The translations under genes were made by a program, and so were the position numbers. A DNA stretch of 64,000 bases, from assembly GCA_018061105.1 (NCBI GenBank), contig JAGOUU010000002.1:343-64342 (forward strand), in the 5' to 3' direction. The DNA comes from Gammaproteobacteria bacterium. Its GTDB lineage: Bacteria > Pseudomonadota > Gammaproteobacteria > JAGOUU01. Shown one piece after another: positions 10,343 through 21,080 of the stretch. Position 1 is the first letter of the stretch. Every line of letters begins with the position of its first letter. The notes under the pieces are model-generated. The model was not told where the DNA came from and ran no database searches. It was given only the letters and a program-made list of their open reading frames with translations.

Positions 10343-10681
10343 ATGACTAAACATCTGTATTTGTGCTATTTCGACAATCGCTCAGCTTATGTATTAGTGG
10401 GCTGGGATAATAATCGTAAGGGATTTTATATGATTTTTGATTATCAAAATGGCAGTGAAGAGACTGCAATATTTTCTAATTTGTTCAGTAAAGAGCAGTA
10501 TCCTAAAACTTTAGACAAATATATTGCTTATTTATCTCAGCAGTCTATTACATTACCTAAGCAAATGTTAGATTCAATTTTGCGTGATGCTTTTGGTCGC
10601 GTCGAAGATAACGAAGTAACACATATTATGAGCGAGGGTGAATACATTAGGTTTGAGAGTATTGATTATGCTATATTGTAA
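10343..10681 (+). CDS. hypothetical protein
   Basis: 112-aa ORF preceded by a strong Shine-Dalgarno sequence (aaggagg). Confidence 0.45.
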   Translation: MTKHLYLCYFDNRSAYVLVGWDNNRKGFYMIFDYQNGSEETAIFSNLFSKEQYPKTLDKYIAYLSQQSITLPKQMLDSILRDAFGRVEDNEVTHIMSEGEYIRFESIDYAIL

Positions 10682-10701
10682 ATTAAATTAAATCATAAAT
10701 C

Positions 10702-11970
10702 TTATCTGGCTGATACAAGATCTGTAACACAGCAATCTGACCAAACGTTCAGTGTGGTTTCAATCATATCAAATAAAGTATAAATCGGTAAAATTAATAC
10801 CATAAGATCTAATGACACACCCATGCCTAATAAAATAGCCGATGATAAAAAATAACAACCCATTGGAATAGATGCATTACCAATAGCGACAATAGTAGCT
10901 ATAAAAATCCAAATAATATAATCAAACGCACTAAAATGTAGGCCGTTTTGTAACGCAACAAATAATACCGTGGTATAAATAAAAGCTGCGCAGCCGTTCA
11001 TATTGATTATGGTACAGATAGGTAAAGCAAATCGGGCAATTTCTTCTTTTATGCCATGTTTTTCAATCATACAGTCCATAGTAAGTGGCAGAGTTGCACT
11101 TGAAGACTTTGAAAAAAATGCGGTTGTTAAAGCTGGAGTTACTGATTTAAATAATCTCAGAGGAGATAATTTTTTATATTTTAAAATCAAAGGTAATACA
11201 ATAAATCCTTGGATAACATTGGCAGCTATGACGATAAAAATATACTTGCCTAGGCCGTTTGTATAGAGAGAATTGCTGGTGAGCATTGCTTGTAAAAACA
11301 GGACAGTGAATGCCCAAATTGCTAGTGGGAGAATTTTTATAATAAATCTTGCTAGGTTAATAAAAGTCTGGAATAAAGCTGAAAATAATGTATTTAAAGA
11401 TTCTTGTTGTTTTGTTGGTAGTTGCATCATAGCTAAACCCATAATAGACGCTATAAGTGCAAGGCCTAAGATATTATTTTCTGCGAAGGCTTTGAAGATA
11501 TTGTTGGGAATAATTTTAATGAGTTCATTGTAATAATTATGATGACTAGAATTACCAGAATTAAAACTAGCATGAGACTTACTTAAACTAATATCTATGT
11601 TAGAGCCAATTAGGCTGTTGTAGTTACCAGATTGCGCTAAAGCATCTGCTGCGGGCTGTATTATTTGAAATAAAATATAAGCTATACTAGAGGCTGTAAT
11701 AGTCGTTAAAATAGTATAAAAAATAACTTTTTTACCATATTCTTTGAGGTGGCCTTGAGTAGAGATATTTAGAAAATTAGTGATAATCGCTAGAAATACT
11801 ATAGGGGCACTCATTAGTTGCAGAAATTTTAAGAATAATTCCGTGATTGCAAAGGCTGTATTATTCAGATAGCTATTGTTAATGTAGTAAGTAATAACTG
11901 CTAATAGTAGAGCAAAGATAATGAAATAGATGTCTTTAAGATGGGAAGAAGTTAAATTAGATTGATTCAC
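10702..11970 (-). CDS. dicarboxylate/amino acid:cation symporter (DAACS) family transporter
   Basis: SSSATLPLT and CTIINMNG motifs of the Na+/H+-dicarboxylate symporter family. Multi-TM, 422 aa. Confidence 0.7.
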   Translation of the reverse strand: MNQSNLTSSHLKDIYFIIFALLLAVITYYINNSYLNNTAFAITELFLKFLQLMSAPIVFLAIITNFLNISTQGHLKEYGKKVIFYTILTTITASSIAYILFQIIQPAADALAQSGNYNSLIGSNIDISLSKSHASFNSGNSSHHNYYNELIKIIPNNIFKAFAENNILGLALIASIMGLAMMQLPTKQQESLNTLFSALFQTFINLARFIIKILPLAIWAFTVLFLQAMLTSNSLYTNGLGKYIFIVIAANVIQGFIVLPLILKYKKLSPLRLFKSVTPALTTAFFSKSSSATLPLTMDCMIEKHGIKEEIARFALPICTIINMNGCAAFIYTTVLFVALQNGLHFSAFDYIIWIFIATIVAIGNASIPMGCYFLSSAILLGMGVSLDLMVLILPIYTLFDMIETTLNVWSDCCVTDLVSAR

Positions 11971-12400
11971 GGTAAATTACTATTGTTAAGTATATTGGAT
12001 TGTTAGGGTTTCAACTTACTAGATGGATACAATATAACAATATTAGTAAATTGTCGCAATAGTTTGAACAGACTTCGTCATTATTTCGCCATTATTTATA
12101 CAAATTTTAAAAGAATATGTTAAAATCGTGGATTGTTTGGTTTTAATAGTAGATAGAGATTATTGTGCTTGCAAACAATCAGTTATTAGATTTATTAGGT
12201 GTTATATAAGGTCATAAGAATAATTAATTAAATATAACTTGCAATCTCAGTGATATATATTATTACTAATAATAGTAGTATAATTATTTTGAGCATATTT
12301 TAGAGTTTTGTGAGGTTATTTAAAATTAGTTAAGTATAATTAAAGTTTAAGTTTTAAAAATTAAAATAAGATTTATAAAATTAAGGTTAGAAGGTTAGAT

Positions 12401-13039
12401 ATGAATTTATACCCACGTGATGTCATGCCGTCATCTACTTTGGTTCCAATGGTCATAGAGCAAACTCCACGTGGTGAGCGCTCTTATGATATATATTCAA
12501 GATTACTAAAAGAGCGGGTTATTTTTCTTACTGGTCAGGTCGAAGACCATATGGCTAATTTAATTATTGCACAGTTTTTATTTTTAGAGTCTGAAAATCC
12601 GGATAAAGATATTCAATTATATATCAATTCCCCTGGTGGATCAGTAACTGCTGGAATGGGTATTTATGACACTATGCAGTTTATTAAACCAGATGTCTGC
12701 ACTTTTTGTGTTGGCCAAGCTGCAAGTATGGGTGCCTTATTATTAGCAGCTGGTGCTAAAGGCAAGCGTTATTGTCTGTCTAATTCCAGAGTCATGATCC
12801 ATCAGCCTTTAGGTGGCTTTCAAGGACAAGCTTCTGATATAGAAATTCATGCAAAAGAAATCATTCAAATTAAAACTAAGTTAAATAAAATTTTATCTCA
12901 TCATACTGGTCAACCGTTAGATACTATAGAAATAGACACAGATCGAGATAATTTTATGGGCGCTGAAACTGCTAAATCCTATGGTTTAGTAGATGATATC
13001 TTTGTATCTCGTAGTGAATTAGAGACAAAAACTAGTTAA
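12401..13039 (+). CDS. clpP: ATP-dependent Clp protease proteolytic subunit
   Basis: [16 protein letters not shown] and catalytic Ser/His context. clpP-clpX-lon synteny. Confidence 0.95.
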   Translation: MNLYPRDVMPSSTLVPMVIEQTPRGERSYDIYSRLLKERVIFLTGQVEDHMANLIIAQFLFLESENPDKDIQLYINSPGGSVTAGMGIYDTMQFIKPDVCTFCVGQAASMGALLLAAGAKGKRYCLSNSRVMIHQPLGGFQGQASDIEIHAKEIIQIKTKLNKILSHHTGQPLDTIEIDTDRDNFMGAETAKSYGLVDDIFVSRSELETKTS

Positions 13040-13056
13040 GTTAATAAAGGTGAGCC

Positions 13057-14346
13057 ATGAGTGATAAAAAGAAGGGTGATGAAGGTAGTACGAAACTTTT
13101 ATATTGTTCATTTTGTGGTAAAAGTCAGCACGAAGTTAAAAAACTTATTGCTGGTCCTTCCGTATTTATTTGTGATGAATGTGTCGATCTATGTAATGAC
13201 ATCATTAGTGAAGAAGTAGTTGATTCAGAAGCTGGCCCAGGTGATATCGGTAATTTACCCACGCCTCATGAAATTAAAAATATTTTAGACGAGTATGTCA
13301 TAGGTCAGGCAGAAGCTAAAAAAGTTCTAGCCGTTGCTGTTTATAATCATTATAAGCGACTTAACAATAGCTCTAATTCTAGTGGCAAAGATGGCGTTGA
13401 AATTGGGAAGAGTAACATTTTATTAATAGGCCCAACAGGGAGTGGTAAAACTCTTTTAGCTGAGACTTTGGCACGTTTGTTAAACGTTCCTTTTACTATT
13501 GCAGATGCGACGACGTTGACTGAAGCAGGTTACGTTGGTGAAGACGTCGAAAATATTATTCAAAAATTACTGCAAAAATGTGAATATGATGTCGAGAAAG
13601 CTCAAACAGGTATTGTTTATATAGACGAAATTGATAAAATTTCTCGTAAATCTGAAAATCCTTCTATTACACGCGACGTATCTGGCGAAGGCGTTCAACA
13701 GGCTTTATTAAAGCTTATAGAGGGGACAGTTGCTTCGGTTCCTCCTCAAGGTGGTCGTAAACATCCGCAGCAAGAGTTTTTACAAGTTAATACGTCGAAA
13801 ATATTATTTATTTGCGGTGGAGCTTTTTCAGGGTTGGATAAAATTATTCGTGATCGTTCGGCTCAGTCTGGAATTGGCTTTAATGCAAAAGTGCATAGCA
13901 AGGATGAAAAGTCTACCCTTAATGTTGTCTTACCAAAACTAGAGCCAGAAGATTTGATTAAATACGGTCTAATTCCAGAATTTGTCGGAAGACTTCCAGT
14001 GATTGCAACTTTGGAGCAATTAGACGAGGAAGCTCTTATTAGAATTCTCCGTGAACCTAAAAATGCTTTAACTAAGCAATACGAAAAGTTATTCGAAATG
14101 GATAAGTCAGAAGTAGAATTTCGTGAAGATGCTTTACGAGCCATTGCCAAAAAGGCCCTAGAGCGTAAAACTGGCGCTAGAGGATTGCGCTCTATTATGG
14201 AAAATGTTCTTTTAGACACTATGTATGATTTGCCTTCTTTATCTGGAGTGAGTCGGGTAGTAATTGACGAAGCTGTCGTAAAAGGAGAATCAGATCCGCT
14301 CTTAATCTATGATAATAAAGAACGTCCATTATTAGCTAAAGAATAA
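13057..14346 (+). CDS. clpX: ATP-dependent Clp protease ATP-binding subunit ClpX
   Basis: N-terminal C4 zinc finger (CSFCGK...CDEC), Walker A GPTGSGKT. Confidence 0.95.
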   Translation: MSDKKKGDEGSTKLLYCSFCGKSQHEVKKLIAGPSVFICDECVDLCNDIISEEVVDSEAGPGDIGNLPTPHEIKNILDEYVIGQAEAKKVLAVAVYNHYKRLNNSSNSSGKDGVEIGKSNILLIGPTGSGKTLLAETLARLLNVPFTIADATTLTEAGYVGEDVENIIQKLLQKCEYDVEKAQTGIVYIDEIDKISRKSENPSITRDVSGEGVQQALLKLIEGTVASVPPQGGRKHPQQEFLQVNTSKILFICGGAFSGLDKIIRDRSAQSGIGFNAKVHSKDEKSTLNVVLPKLEPEDLIKYGLIPEFVGRLPVIATLEQLDEEALIRILREPKNALTKQYEKLFEMDKSEVEFREDALRAIAKKALERKTGARGLRSIMENVLLDTMYDLPSLSGVSRVVIDEAVVKGESDPLLIYDNKERPLLAKE

Positions 14347-14453
14347 GCAGTAGTGGAAGTATCTGGTTTTTATAATAATTTGTTGTTATTGCCTTGAATT
14401 ATTCAATTTAGACCACATGTTTAATATTAGTAACTCAATAGAAAGGAGCGGCA

Positions 14454-16904
14454 ATGTCTGTGTCTGATCCAGTTAATAATAATCACAAAGATAACGGCAT
14501 ACTAATGCCTGTGTTGCCTTTGCGAGATGTGGTCGTATATCCTCATATGGTTATTCCACTTTTTGTAGGTCGCAAGAATTCTATTCGTGCGCTAGAAAGT
14601 GCCATGGCAGAGCATAAAGAAATATTTTTAGTTGCTCAAAAAGATGCGACTATTGAAAATCCGTCTATAGATGACTTATTTTTTACGGGTACTATAGCAA
14701 CTATCTTACAATTATTAAAATTGCCTGATGGTACAGTAAAAGTTCTAGTAGAAGGTAATCAGCGGGGCCAGGTAATCCAATATTCTAAAAGTAGTGATGA
14801 ATTATTTTTATTAGCAGAAATTGTTGATATCTTTCCTACAGAGCTTGGTCAGCGCGAATCAGAAATAATGTGCCGTTCACTGTTAGCTCAATTTGATCAG
14901 TACGTAAAATTAAATAAAAAAATTCCACAAGAAATCCTCACATCACTAAATGGTCTAGAAGATGCTGAGCGGTTAGTAGACTCTATTTCTGCGCATATAT
15001 CTTTAAAATTAGCTGACAAGCAAAAACTCATTGAAATTGTTGATATAAAAGAGCGCATAGAACATCTTATGGCTCTTTTAGAATCTGAAATTGATTTAAT
15101 TAACGTTGAAAAGAAAATCCGTCGGCGAGTAAAAACTCAGATGGAAAAAAGTCAGCGTGAGTATTATCTCAATGAGCAGATCAAAGCAATTCAGCACGAA
15201 CTTGGTGATGATGAAACTGGAGGAGAGCTAAAAGAAATAGCTGAAAAAATTGCAAAATCTGGAATGCCAAAAGAGGCTCGTCAAAAAGTTGATAATGAGC
15301 TTAAAAAATTGAAAATGATGCCAGCGATGTCAGCAGAATCTACTGTCAGTCGTAATTACATTGATTGGATGTTGGATGTACCTTGGAAAAAAGCTTCAAA
15401 AGTAAGTGAAGATTTATTAGCTGCAGAAAATATTCTAGAGCATGATCATTATGGCCTAGAAAAAGTTAAAGAGCGTATCTTAGAATATTTAGCAGTTCAA
15501 AGCAGAGTTAAGAAACAAAAGGGGCCTATCTTATGTTTAGTAGGTCCTCCTGGAGTTGGAAAGACGTCTTTAGGACAATCAATCGCTCGAGCTACTAACC
15601 GAGAGTTTGTTAGGATCTCTTTAGGTGGAGTAAGAGATGAAGCTGAAATTAGAGGTCATCGTCGAACCTATATAGGCTCTATGCCAGGCAAAATTATTCA
15701 AAAATTAGCTAAAGTTAAAGTTAAAAACCCGTTATTTTTATTAGATGAAATCGATAAAATGGCTATGGATTTTCGTGGCGATCCAGCTGCGGCTTTATTA
15801 GAAGTTTTAGATCCTGAACAAAACGATACTTTTAATGATCACTATTTAGAAGTAGATTATAACTTATCTGATGTGATGTTTATTGCTACTTCCAATTCTA
15901 TGAATATTCCTCCAGCTTTATTAGACCGTATGGAGGTCATTAGGATTGCTGGATACACAGAAGATGAAAAATTACATATTGCACAAAAATATTTAATTAA
16001 AGATCAAAAAGAAAAAACGGGCTTAAAAGAAGATGAGCTCGCTATTTCTGAAGATGCTATTTTAAGTATTATTAGATATTATTCGCGAGAAGCAGGTGTC
16101 CGGAATCTTGACCGTATGATTTCAAAATTATGCCGCAAAGCAGTAAAGAAAATATTATCTGATAAAAATATTCAAAAAATTGAAGTGAACTCTGATAATA
16201 TTGAAGATTATTTAGGTGTAAAACAGTATCGCTATGGTATCGCTGAAGAGAAAAATAGTGTAGGTCAAGTAAATGGTTTAGCCTGGACTGAAGTAGGTGG
16301 AGAGTTATTGACTATTGAGGCTGCTGTTATGAGCGGTAGTGGTAAGACTACTTATACAGGGCAATTGGGTAATATTATGAAAGAGTCTATCCAAGCTGCT
16401 ACTTCAGTTATTCGTTCTCGATCTGATAGTTTAAAATTACCAGAAAATTTTCAAGAAAAAATTGATGTGCATATTCATGTACCTGAGGGGGCAACTCCAA
16501 AGGATGGACCAAGCGCTGGTATAGGCATGTGTGTTGCTTTAGTGTCAGCTTTAACTGGCATACCAGTTAAAGCTGACGTGGCTATGACAGGTGAAATTAC
16601 TCTAAGAGGGGATGTGTTACCTATAGGTGGCTTAAAAGAAAAACTTTTAGCAGCTAAGCGAGGCGGAATCAAGACAGTAATTATACCTAGCGAAAATGTA
16701 AAAGATTTAAAAGAGATTCCTGAGAATGTTACATCAAGCTTAATAATAAAATCAGTGCATAATATAGACGAAGTATTAAAAGTTGCGTTATCTAAAAAAG
16801 TATTAATATCTGCTAGTAAAGTTAGAACTGTACATGACATTCTGAGAGATGCAAAAAAATCTGTAAAAACCTCGGGCAATGAGAAGCATTTTGATAGACA
16901 TTAA
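14454..16904 (+). CDS. lon: Lon protease
   Basis: Walker [10 protein letters not shown], protease motif PKDGPSAGI, 816 aa. Confidence 0.95.
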   Translation: MSVSDPVNNNHKDNGILMPVLPLRDVVVYPHMVIPLFVGRKNSIRALESAMAEHKEIFLVAQKDATIENPSIDDLFFTGTIATILQLLKLPDGTVKVLVEGNQRGQVIQYSKSSDELFLLAEIVDIFPTELGQRESEIMCRSLLAQFDQYVKLNKKIPQEILTSLNGLEDAERLVDSISAHISLKLADKQKLIEIVDIKERIEHLMALLESEIDLINVEKKIRRRVKTQMEKSQREYYLNEQIKAIQHELGDDETGGELKEIAEKIAKSGMPKEARQKVDNELKKLKMMPAMSAESTVSRNYIDWMLDVPWKKASKVSEDLLAAENILEHDHYGLEKVKERILEYLAVQSRVKKQKGPILCLVGPPGVGKTSLGQSIARATNREFVRISLGGVRDEAEIRGHRRTYIGSMPGKIIQKLAKVKVKNPLFLLDEIDKMAMDFRGDPAAALLEVLDPEQNDTFNDHYLEVDYNLSDVMFIATSNSMNIPPALLDRMEVIRIAGYTEDEKLHIAQKYLIKDQKEKTGLKEDELAISEDAILSIIRYYSREAGVRNLDRMISKLCRKAVKKILSDKNIQKIEVNSDNIEDYLGVKQYRYGIAEEKNSVGQVNGLAWTEVGGELLTIEAAVMSGSGKTTYTGQLGNIMKESIQAATSVIRSRSDSLKLPENFQEKIDVHIHVPEGATPKDGPSAGIGMCVALVSALTGIPVKADVAMTGEITLRGDVLPIGGLKEKLLAAKRGGIKTVIIPSENVKDLKEIPENVTSSLIIKSVHNIDEVLKVALSKKVLISASKVRTVHDILRDAKKSVKTSGNEKHFDRH

Positions 16905-16965
16905 TTTTATAATATATATAATGTCTATCTAGTATTAAACTGCTAAATAAATTTAAGGGGTTTGA

Positions 16966-17259
16966 ATGAATAAAACAGAATTGATCGAAGCAGTTGTTGA
17001 AAAAGTTGCATTGCCAAAAAAACAAGTAGCCCAGGTTTTGGAAGCTATTATGGAAACTATCACTAATCAATTATCAGAAGATAACTCAGTAGTTTTAGTT
17101 GGGTTTGGTACTTTTCTAGTTAAGAAAAGAGCGGCTCGTAAAGGGGTTAACCCAAAAACTGGTGACGTTATCGACATTAAAGCTGCAAACGTACCAGGAT
17201 TTAAATCAGGAAAATCTTTAAAAGAAGCTTGTAATTTGGTTTTAGAAACTGTAGACTAA
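16966..17259 (+). CDS. hupB: DNA-binding protein HU
   Basis: MNKTELIEAV... HU family fold. Position after lon as in enterobacteria. Confidence 0.9.
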   Translation: MNKTELIEAVVEKVALPKKQVAQVLEAIMETITNQLSEDNSVVLVGFGTFLVKKRAARKGVNPKTGDVIDIKAANVPGFKSGKSLKEACNLVLETVD

Positions 17260-17267
17260 CGTGCATT

Positions 17268-17343
17268 GGGTGCTTAGCTCAGTTGGTAGAGCATCGCCCT
17301 TACAAGGCGAGGGTCGGGGGTTCGAGCCCCTCAGCACCCACCA
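17268..17343 (+). tRNA. tRNA-Val (anticodon TAC)
   Basis: Cloverleaf readable. Anticodon loop cTTACaa. 3' CCA encoded. Confidence 0.85.
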
Positions 17344-17355
17344 TTTAAAAGTTTA

Positions 17356-17432
17356 GGAGTGGTAGTTCAGCTGGTTAGAATATCGGCCTGTCACGCCGGG
17401 GGTCGCGGGTTCGAGTCCCGTCCACTCCGCCA
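17356..17432 (+). tRNA. tRNA-Asp (anticodon GTC)
   Basis: Cloverleaf readable. Anticodon loop ctGTCac. 3' CCA encoded. Confidence 0.85.
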
Positions 17433-17436
17433 TCAT

Positions 17437-17499
17437 AATCTTTATTAAAATATAATTTTTATATCTAAATTATATTTTAATAAAGATTTTTTTATTTTA
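17437..17499 (+). terminator. rho-independent terminator after the tRNA pair
   Basis: Perfect 22-bp inverted repeat (aatctttattaaaatataattt / aaattatattttaataaagatt) followed by a T-run. Confidence 0.7.
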
Positions 17500-17583
17500 A
17501 CCTCCCTTTGATTTTGATAGTAACAATGTTATTCTTTTGTTTTAATTAGAATAGCTTCCCCCCGTATCTATTGAGGACAAACT

Positions 17584-19479
17584 ATGTTAGAGCAAATTAG
17601 AAAACATACCCATGGTTGGGTGGCTTGGTTATTTTTATTTTGCATAGCTGTCGTATTTATTTTTTGGGGTGCTATAGGGCTGAGACTAGATGTCGGTAAA
17701 TACGTCGAAGTCAACGGGAAAAAACTTTATCCAGGACAAATAGAAGCTTTTAGACAAATTTACCCTCGTGCAGATTTAGTCCAAATAACTCTAGGGATTC
17801 AGCAACTACAAAAAGTTGGCTTTTATATTTCAGATCTTCAGCTTGAGAATTTAATAAAAAGCATGCCAGATTTTCAGATAAATGGCCAATTTTCACCAGA
17901 GTTATATAATAGACTATATAAAACTAGTCCTTTGCAATTAGAAATGATTCGCTTGGGAGCGCATTACAACAGTCTTATCGAGCAAATGTCTTTTGCTATG
18001 CAGCAGGCACATGCTGACTTTCCTAGTAGTGTTGCTCTTTACTTTAAGCTTATGGATCAAAAACGTACGATTAGTGCCCTACGAGTAGAAAATAATAAAT
18101 TTTCTGATGATATATCAATCACGAATGAAGACATAAAAAAATATTACAACATTCATAAAAATAATTTTGTTGAACCTGCAAAAGCAAAACTAGAATATAT
18201 AAAAATTAGTTATCCTGAGTTAGTCAAAAGTGTTCAACCTTCTCAACAAGACATAGAAGATTTTTATAAAAATAATATTGATCAATTTACTTTGGCAGGC
18301 AGAAAAAAAATTGCTCAAATAGTTATAAATAAATCCTCTAGTCAAGAAGCTAAAGAAAAATTAGCTATTATCTCTAATGCTTTGCAGTCAGATCCTAACA
18401 GCTTTGGCGATTTAGCTGAAAAATATTCTGACGATATTTTAACTGCTAAACAACAGGGTGAAGCAGGGTGGTTTCAATCAGGAGATATGAATGATAAAAA
18501 TCTTGATCAAGCTTTAGCTAAACTATCTACTAAGAACCAAATTACGCCTCCAGTTAATAAGGGTGAGCAAATCTATATTTTTAAATTAATTGATCATGAA
18601 TCGACAAAACAACTGCCTTTATCAAAAGTTACAACAGAAGTTGCTGCCAAAGTAGCTGAAGAAAAAGCTAATAGCCTGTATTCTGAATTAAAAGAACAAT
18701 TAGAGCGTAAAAGTTTTGAAAATGCTGATTCTTTAGACGTCGTGGCTGAAGAACTGAATCTAAAAATAAATAAAACTGATTGGGTAACAGATCCTAAAAA
18801 TAAAAATGATATTTCTAGCTTAAGTAATCCTTCAGGGAAAGAGTTTGAAAAAAACTCTCGTATATTAAGCACAGCGTTTTCTGAAGATGTTTTAGAGAAT
18901 CGTAACAATAGCGGCTTAATTGAGGTTGGTCCTGATACTGCTGCTGTAATTAGAATTGCAGAGTTTCAACCTGACCGTATTAAGACTTTAGAAGAAGTAA
19001 AACCTCAGTTAAACACTTTAGTAAAAAATATTAAAGCAAAAGAAAAAGCTCGTGATATAGCTGCAAAGTTTTGGCGTGAGTTTGCTAACGATGGTAATAA
19101 TTTTGATAAACTAGAGACATTAAGCAAGAATAATACGTATACAAAATATCACAAGCCTATTGAGATATCTTATATAGACACTTTTTGGGATAATAAAACG
19201 GCCAATTCCAGTGAGTATACAAAAGAAGAGCTTAAAGAAGCATTTTATTTACCTAAGCCCAATAATGAACATCCTGTGCAAGCAATCTTGTTGCAGCTAG
19301 ATAATGGTGATCAGTCTATATTAGCAATTAACAAAGTTACTTTAGGAGATTATAAATCAGCTAGTAGTGAGCAAAAAGCTCAGGCTGCAAATCAATTAAA
19401 ATACTTTATGATTATGAGTGATAATGTAAATTTCTTTAGTCGGATTCAAAAAGAGTCGGAAATTAAGAGTTATATGTAG
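17584..19479 (+). CDS. ppiD: periplasmic chaperone / peptidyl-prolyl isomerase PpiD
   Basis: N-terminal TM anchor, SurA-like and parvulin-like regions, 631 aa. Position after hupB. Confidence 0.85.
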   Translation: MLEQIRKHTHGWVAWLFLFCIAVVFIFWGAIGLRLDVGKYVEVNGKKLYPGQIEAFRQIYPRADLVQITLGIQQLQKVGFYISDLQLENLIKSMPDFQINGQFSPELYNRLYKTSPLQLEMIRLGAHYNSLIEQMSFAMQQAHADFPSSVALYFKLMDQKRTISALRVENNKFSDDISITNEDIKKYYNIHKNNFVEPAKAKLEYIKISYPELVKSVQPSQQDIEDFYKNNIDQFTLAGRKKIAQIVINKSSSQEAKEKLAIISNALQSDPNSFGDLAEKYSDDILTAKQQGEAGWFQSGDMNDKNLDQALAKLSTKNQITPPVNKGEQIYIFKLIDHESTKQLPLSKVTTEVAAKVAEEKANSLYSELKEQLERKSFENADSLDVVAEELNLKINKTDWVTDPKNKNDISSLSNPSGKEFEKNSRILSTAFSEDVLENRNNSGLIEVGPDTAAVIRIAEFQPDRIKTLEEVKPQLNTLVKNIKAKEKARDIAAKFWREFANDGNNFDKLETLSKNNTYTKYHKPIEISYIDTFWDNKTANSSEYTKEELKEAFYLPKPNNEHPVQAILLQLDNGDQSILAINKVTLGDYKSASSEQKAQAANQLKYFMIMSDNVNFFSRIQKESEIKSYM

Positions 19480-19499
19480 TTTTTTAGCACCTTTGTTAT

Positions 19500-19700
19500 C
19501 CCAACAAAGGTGCGTCAGCGCCTTGCTCGAGCGTATCAGGCAAGCGTTCTCAATATGTAATCAGGGGCTGCTATCAGTCAATTAGAAAGTAAACAATCGA
19601 AACTCCATTCCAGTCAAGCGCTACCAAATCACCATGCTCTCGCGCGCAGAACCGGGATGGCAACACTGTGGATTTTCGAAAGAGGTCTAATAAATTATTG
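19500..19700. ncRNA. GC-rich non-coding segment; candidate small RNA or gene remnant
   Basis: About 200 bp of markedly higher GC than its surroundings, between convergent genes. No ORF. Local hairpins (cgccttgc...gcaagcg). Confidence 0.2.
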
Positions 19701-19811
19701 CAAAGAGGAAGTGAGGCAAGAGAAGATAAAAAGGTTTAAATTAGCTGGTTATTATTTGGCGCAGTTGTAAGTATATAATTACAGCTGCGCCAAGTTAGTA
19801 ACTAAGAAAAA

Positions 19812-20222
19812 TTAACTTTTTTCTTTAGTTTCAGTTGTAACATCAACAGTTGATTTGTTGTCAGCTTCTTTACGGCAGTTAGCACGAGCTGTTTGGCAAT
19901 CATCTTTCATTTTTTTTCTGTCTGCTTTAGCAGCTTTCATAGCGTCTTTACGGCAGCTTGCGAAAGTTTTTTCACATTCTTTTTTAGCTTTAGCTTTTTC
20001 TTTTGCCATAGCTTTTTTATCAACTACAACTTCAGTCTTAGTTGTTGTAGTTTCATTTACAGCAACTTCTGCAGTAGCTGGTTCAGCTGCGTCAACAGTA
20101 GTAGTCATAGTCATGTTAGTATCTTCATCAGATCCTAATGCAGCATCTTGTCCAAAAGCAGGCATAACAGCTAATCCTAAAGATAAAACAGCTGCTGGAA
20201 GTAGTAATTTTGAAAGTTTCAT
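19812..20222 (-). CDS. small secreted Lys-rich protein with internal Cys-containing repeat
   Basis: Signal peptide MKLSKLLLPAAVLSLGLAVMPAFG. Shine-Dalgarno aaggtg. Repeated C..SCRKDA / C..NCRKEA. Confidence 0.5.
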   Translation of the reverse strand: MKLSKLLLPAAVLSLGLAVMPAFGQDAALGSDEDTNMTMTTTVDAAEPATAEVAVNETTTTKTEVVVDKKAMAKEKAKAKKECEKTFASCRKDAMKAAKADRKKMKDDCQTARANCRKEADNKSTVDVTTETKEKS

Positions 20223-20309
20223 ATTTTCACCTTAAAAAGTCTATTATGTTTATATTTACACACGCTTAAACGTGGCAATGATATAATAATAAAGGCTATA
20301 ATTTTTATG

Positions 20310-21044
20310 TCAAGAGTTATATTGGCACTCCGCTAAAAATAACCTTATAGCTTGCCACGCACGTTCTGTAGAAAGATGGTTGTATACCGTTCCGAGATCG
20401 TAATCATTTGCTTGTGGATCAGTAAATGCATGAAGAGCATTACCATAAGTCATCAATTGCCAATCAGCTTGAGCTGCATGCATTTCTTTCATAAAATGCT
20501 CAGTATCTTTCAGTGAGACCATGGGATCAAGATATCCATGCAAAGCTAGTACTTTAGGCTTAATTATAGTGTTTTTTAAATTTTCAGGCTGATTAAATAA
20601 GCCATGAATACTGATAACACCTGTTAGGTTTACATTCATTCTTGCAAGATCTAAAACACATAAACCACCAAAGCAAAAACCCATAGCTGCAATTTTATTG
20701 GGTAAAATATTTTCTATTTTTTGTGCTGCAGAAATACCTGCAGCTAATCGTTTCTGGAGTTCAGCTCGATTATTTAATAAGGGCTGCATTAAAGCCATAT
20801 TTTCGTCTTTATTAGTGCCTATAAGGCCTTTGCCGTATACATCTATGGCTACACCTACATAACCAAAAGATGCGATTCGTCGAGCAGCCTCTTCAGCAGC
20901 TTTGTTTCTGCCACTCCAAGCATGACAAATTACTACTACGGGTCGTTTTATATCATCGTTAGGTCTTGCTATATAAGCCTGAAAAATTTTGTCTTCAAGA
21001 CTATAATCAAGTTCATAAGTTATATATTCTAAATTATTGCTCAT
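20310..21044 (-). CDS. dienelactone hydrolase family protein
   Basis: HAWSG and GFCFGG motifs, 244 aa. Confidence 0.7.
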   Translation of the reverse strand: MSNNLEYITYELDYSLEDKIFQAYIARPNDDIKRPVVVICHAWSGRNKAAEEAARRIASFGYVGVAIDVYGKGLIGTNKDENMALMQPLLNNRAELQKRLAAGISAAQKIENILPNKIAAMGFCFGGLCVLDLARMNVNLTGVISIHGLFNQPENLKNTIIKPKVLALHGYLDPMVSLKDTEHFMKEMHAAQADWQLMTYGNALHAFTDPQANDYDLGTVYNHLSTERAWQAIRLFLAECQYNS

Positions 21045-21047
21045 GTT

Positions 21048-21080
21048 TAAGTCTCTGCTAAGTCTCTGCTAAGTCTCTGC
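21048..21080. repeat. 11-bp tandem repeat x3 (taagtctctgc)
   Basis: Three perfect copies spanning the sbcB stop codon and the 5' leader of the hydrolase gene. Confidence 0.9.

Noticed and set aside
16475-17070. Minus-strand ORFs overlapping the lon 3' end and hupB
   Set aside because: Antisense to strongly supported genes.
19487-19512. Hairpin right after the ppiD stop as rho-independent terminator
   Set aside because: 10-bp stem but no T-run on either strand. Kept only as part of the GC-rich segment finding.
19500-19700. Assignment of the GC-rich segment to tmRNA, 6S RNA or RNase P RNA
   Set aside because: No tag-peptide reading frame, no recognisable conserved cores. Left as unclassified.
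19855-20235. Two plus-strand ORFs overlapping the 19812-20222 minus-strand gene
   Set aside because: The minus-strand frame has a signal peptide and Shine-Dalgarno sequence. The plus frames are low-complexity Ser/Phe runs.
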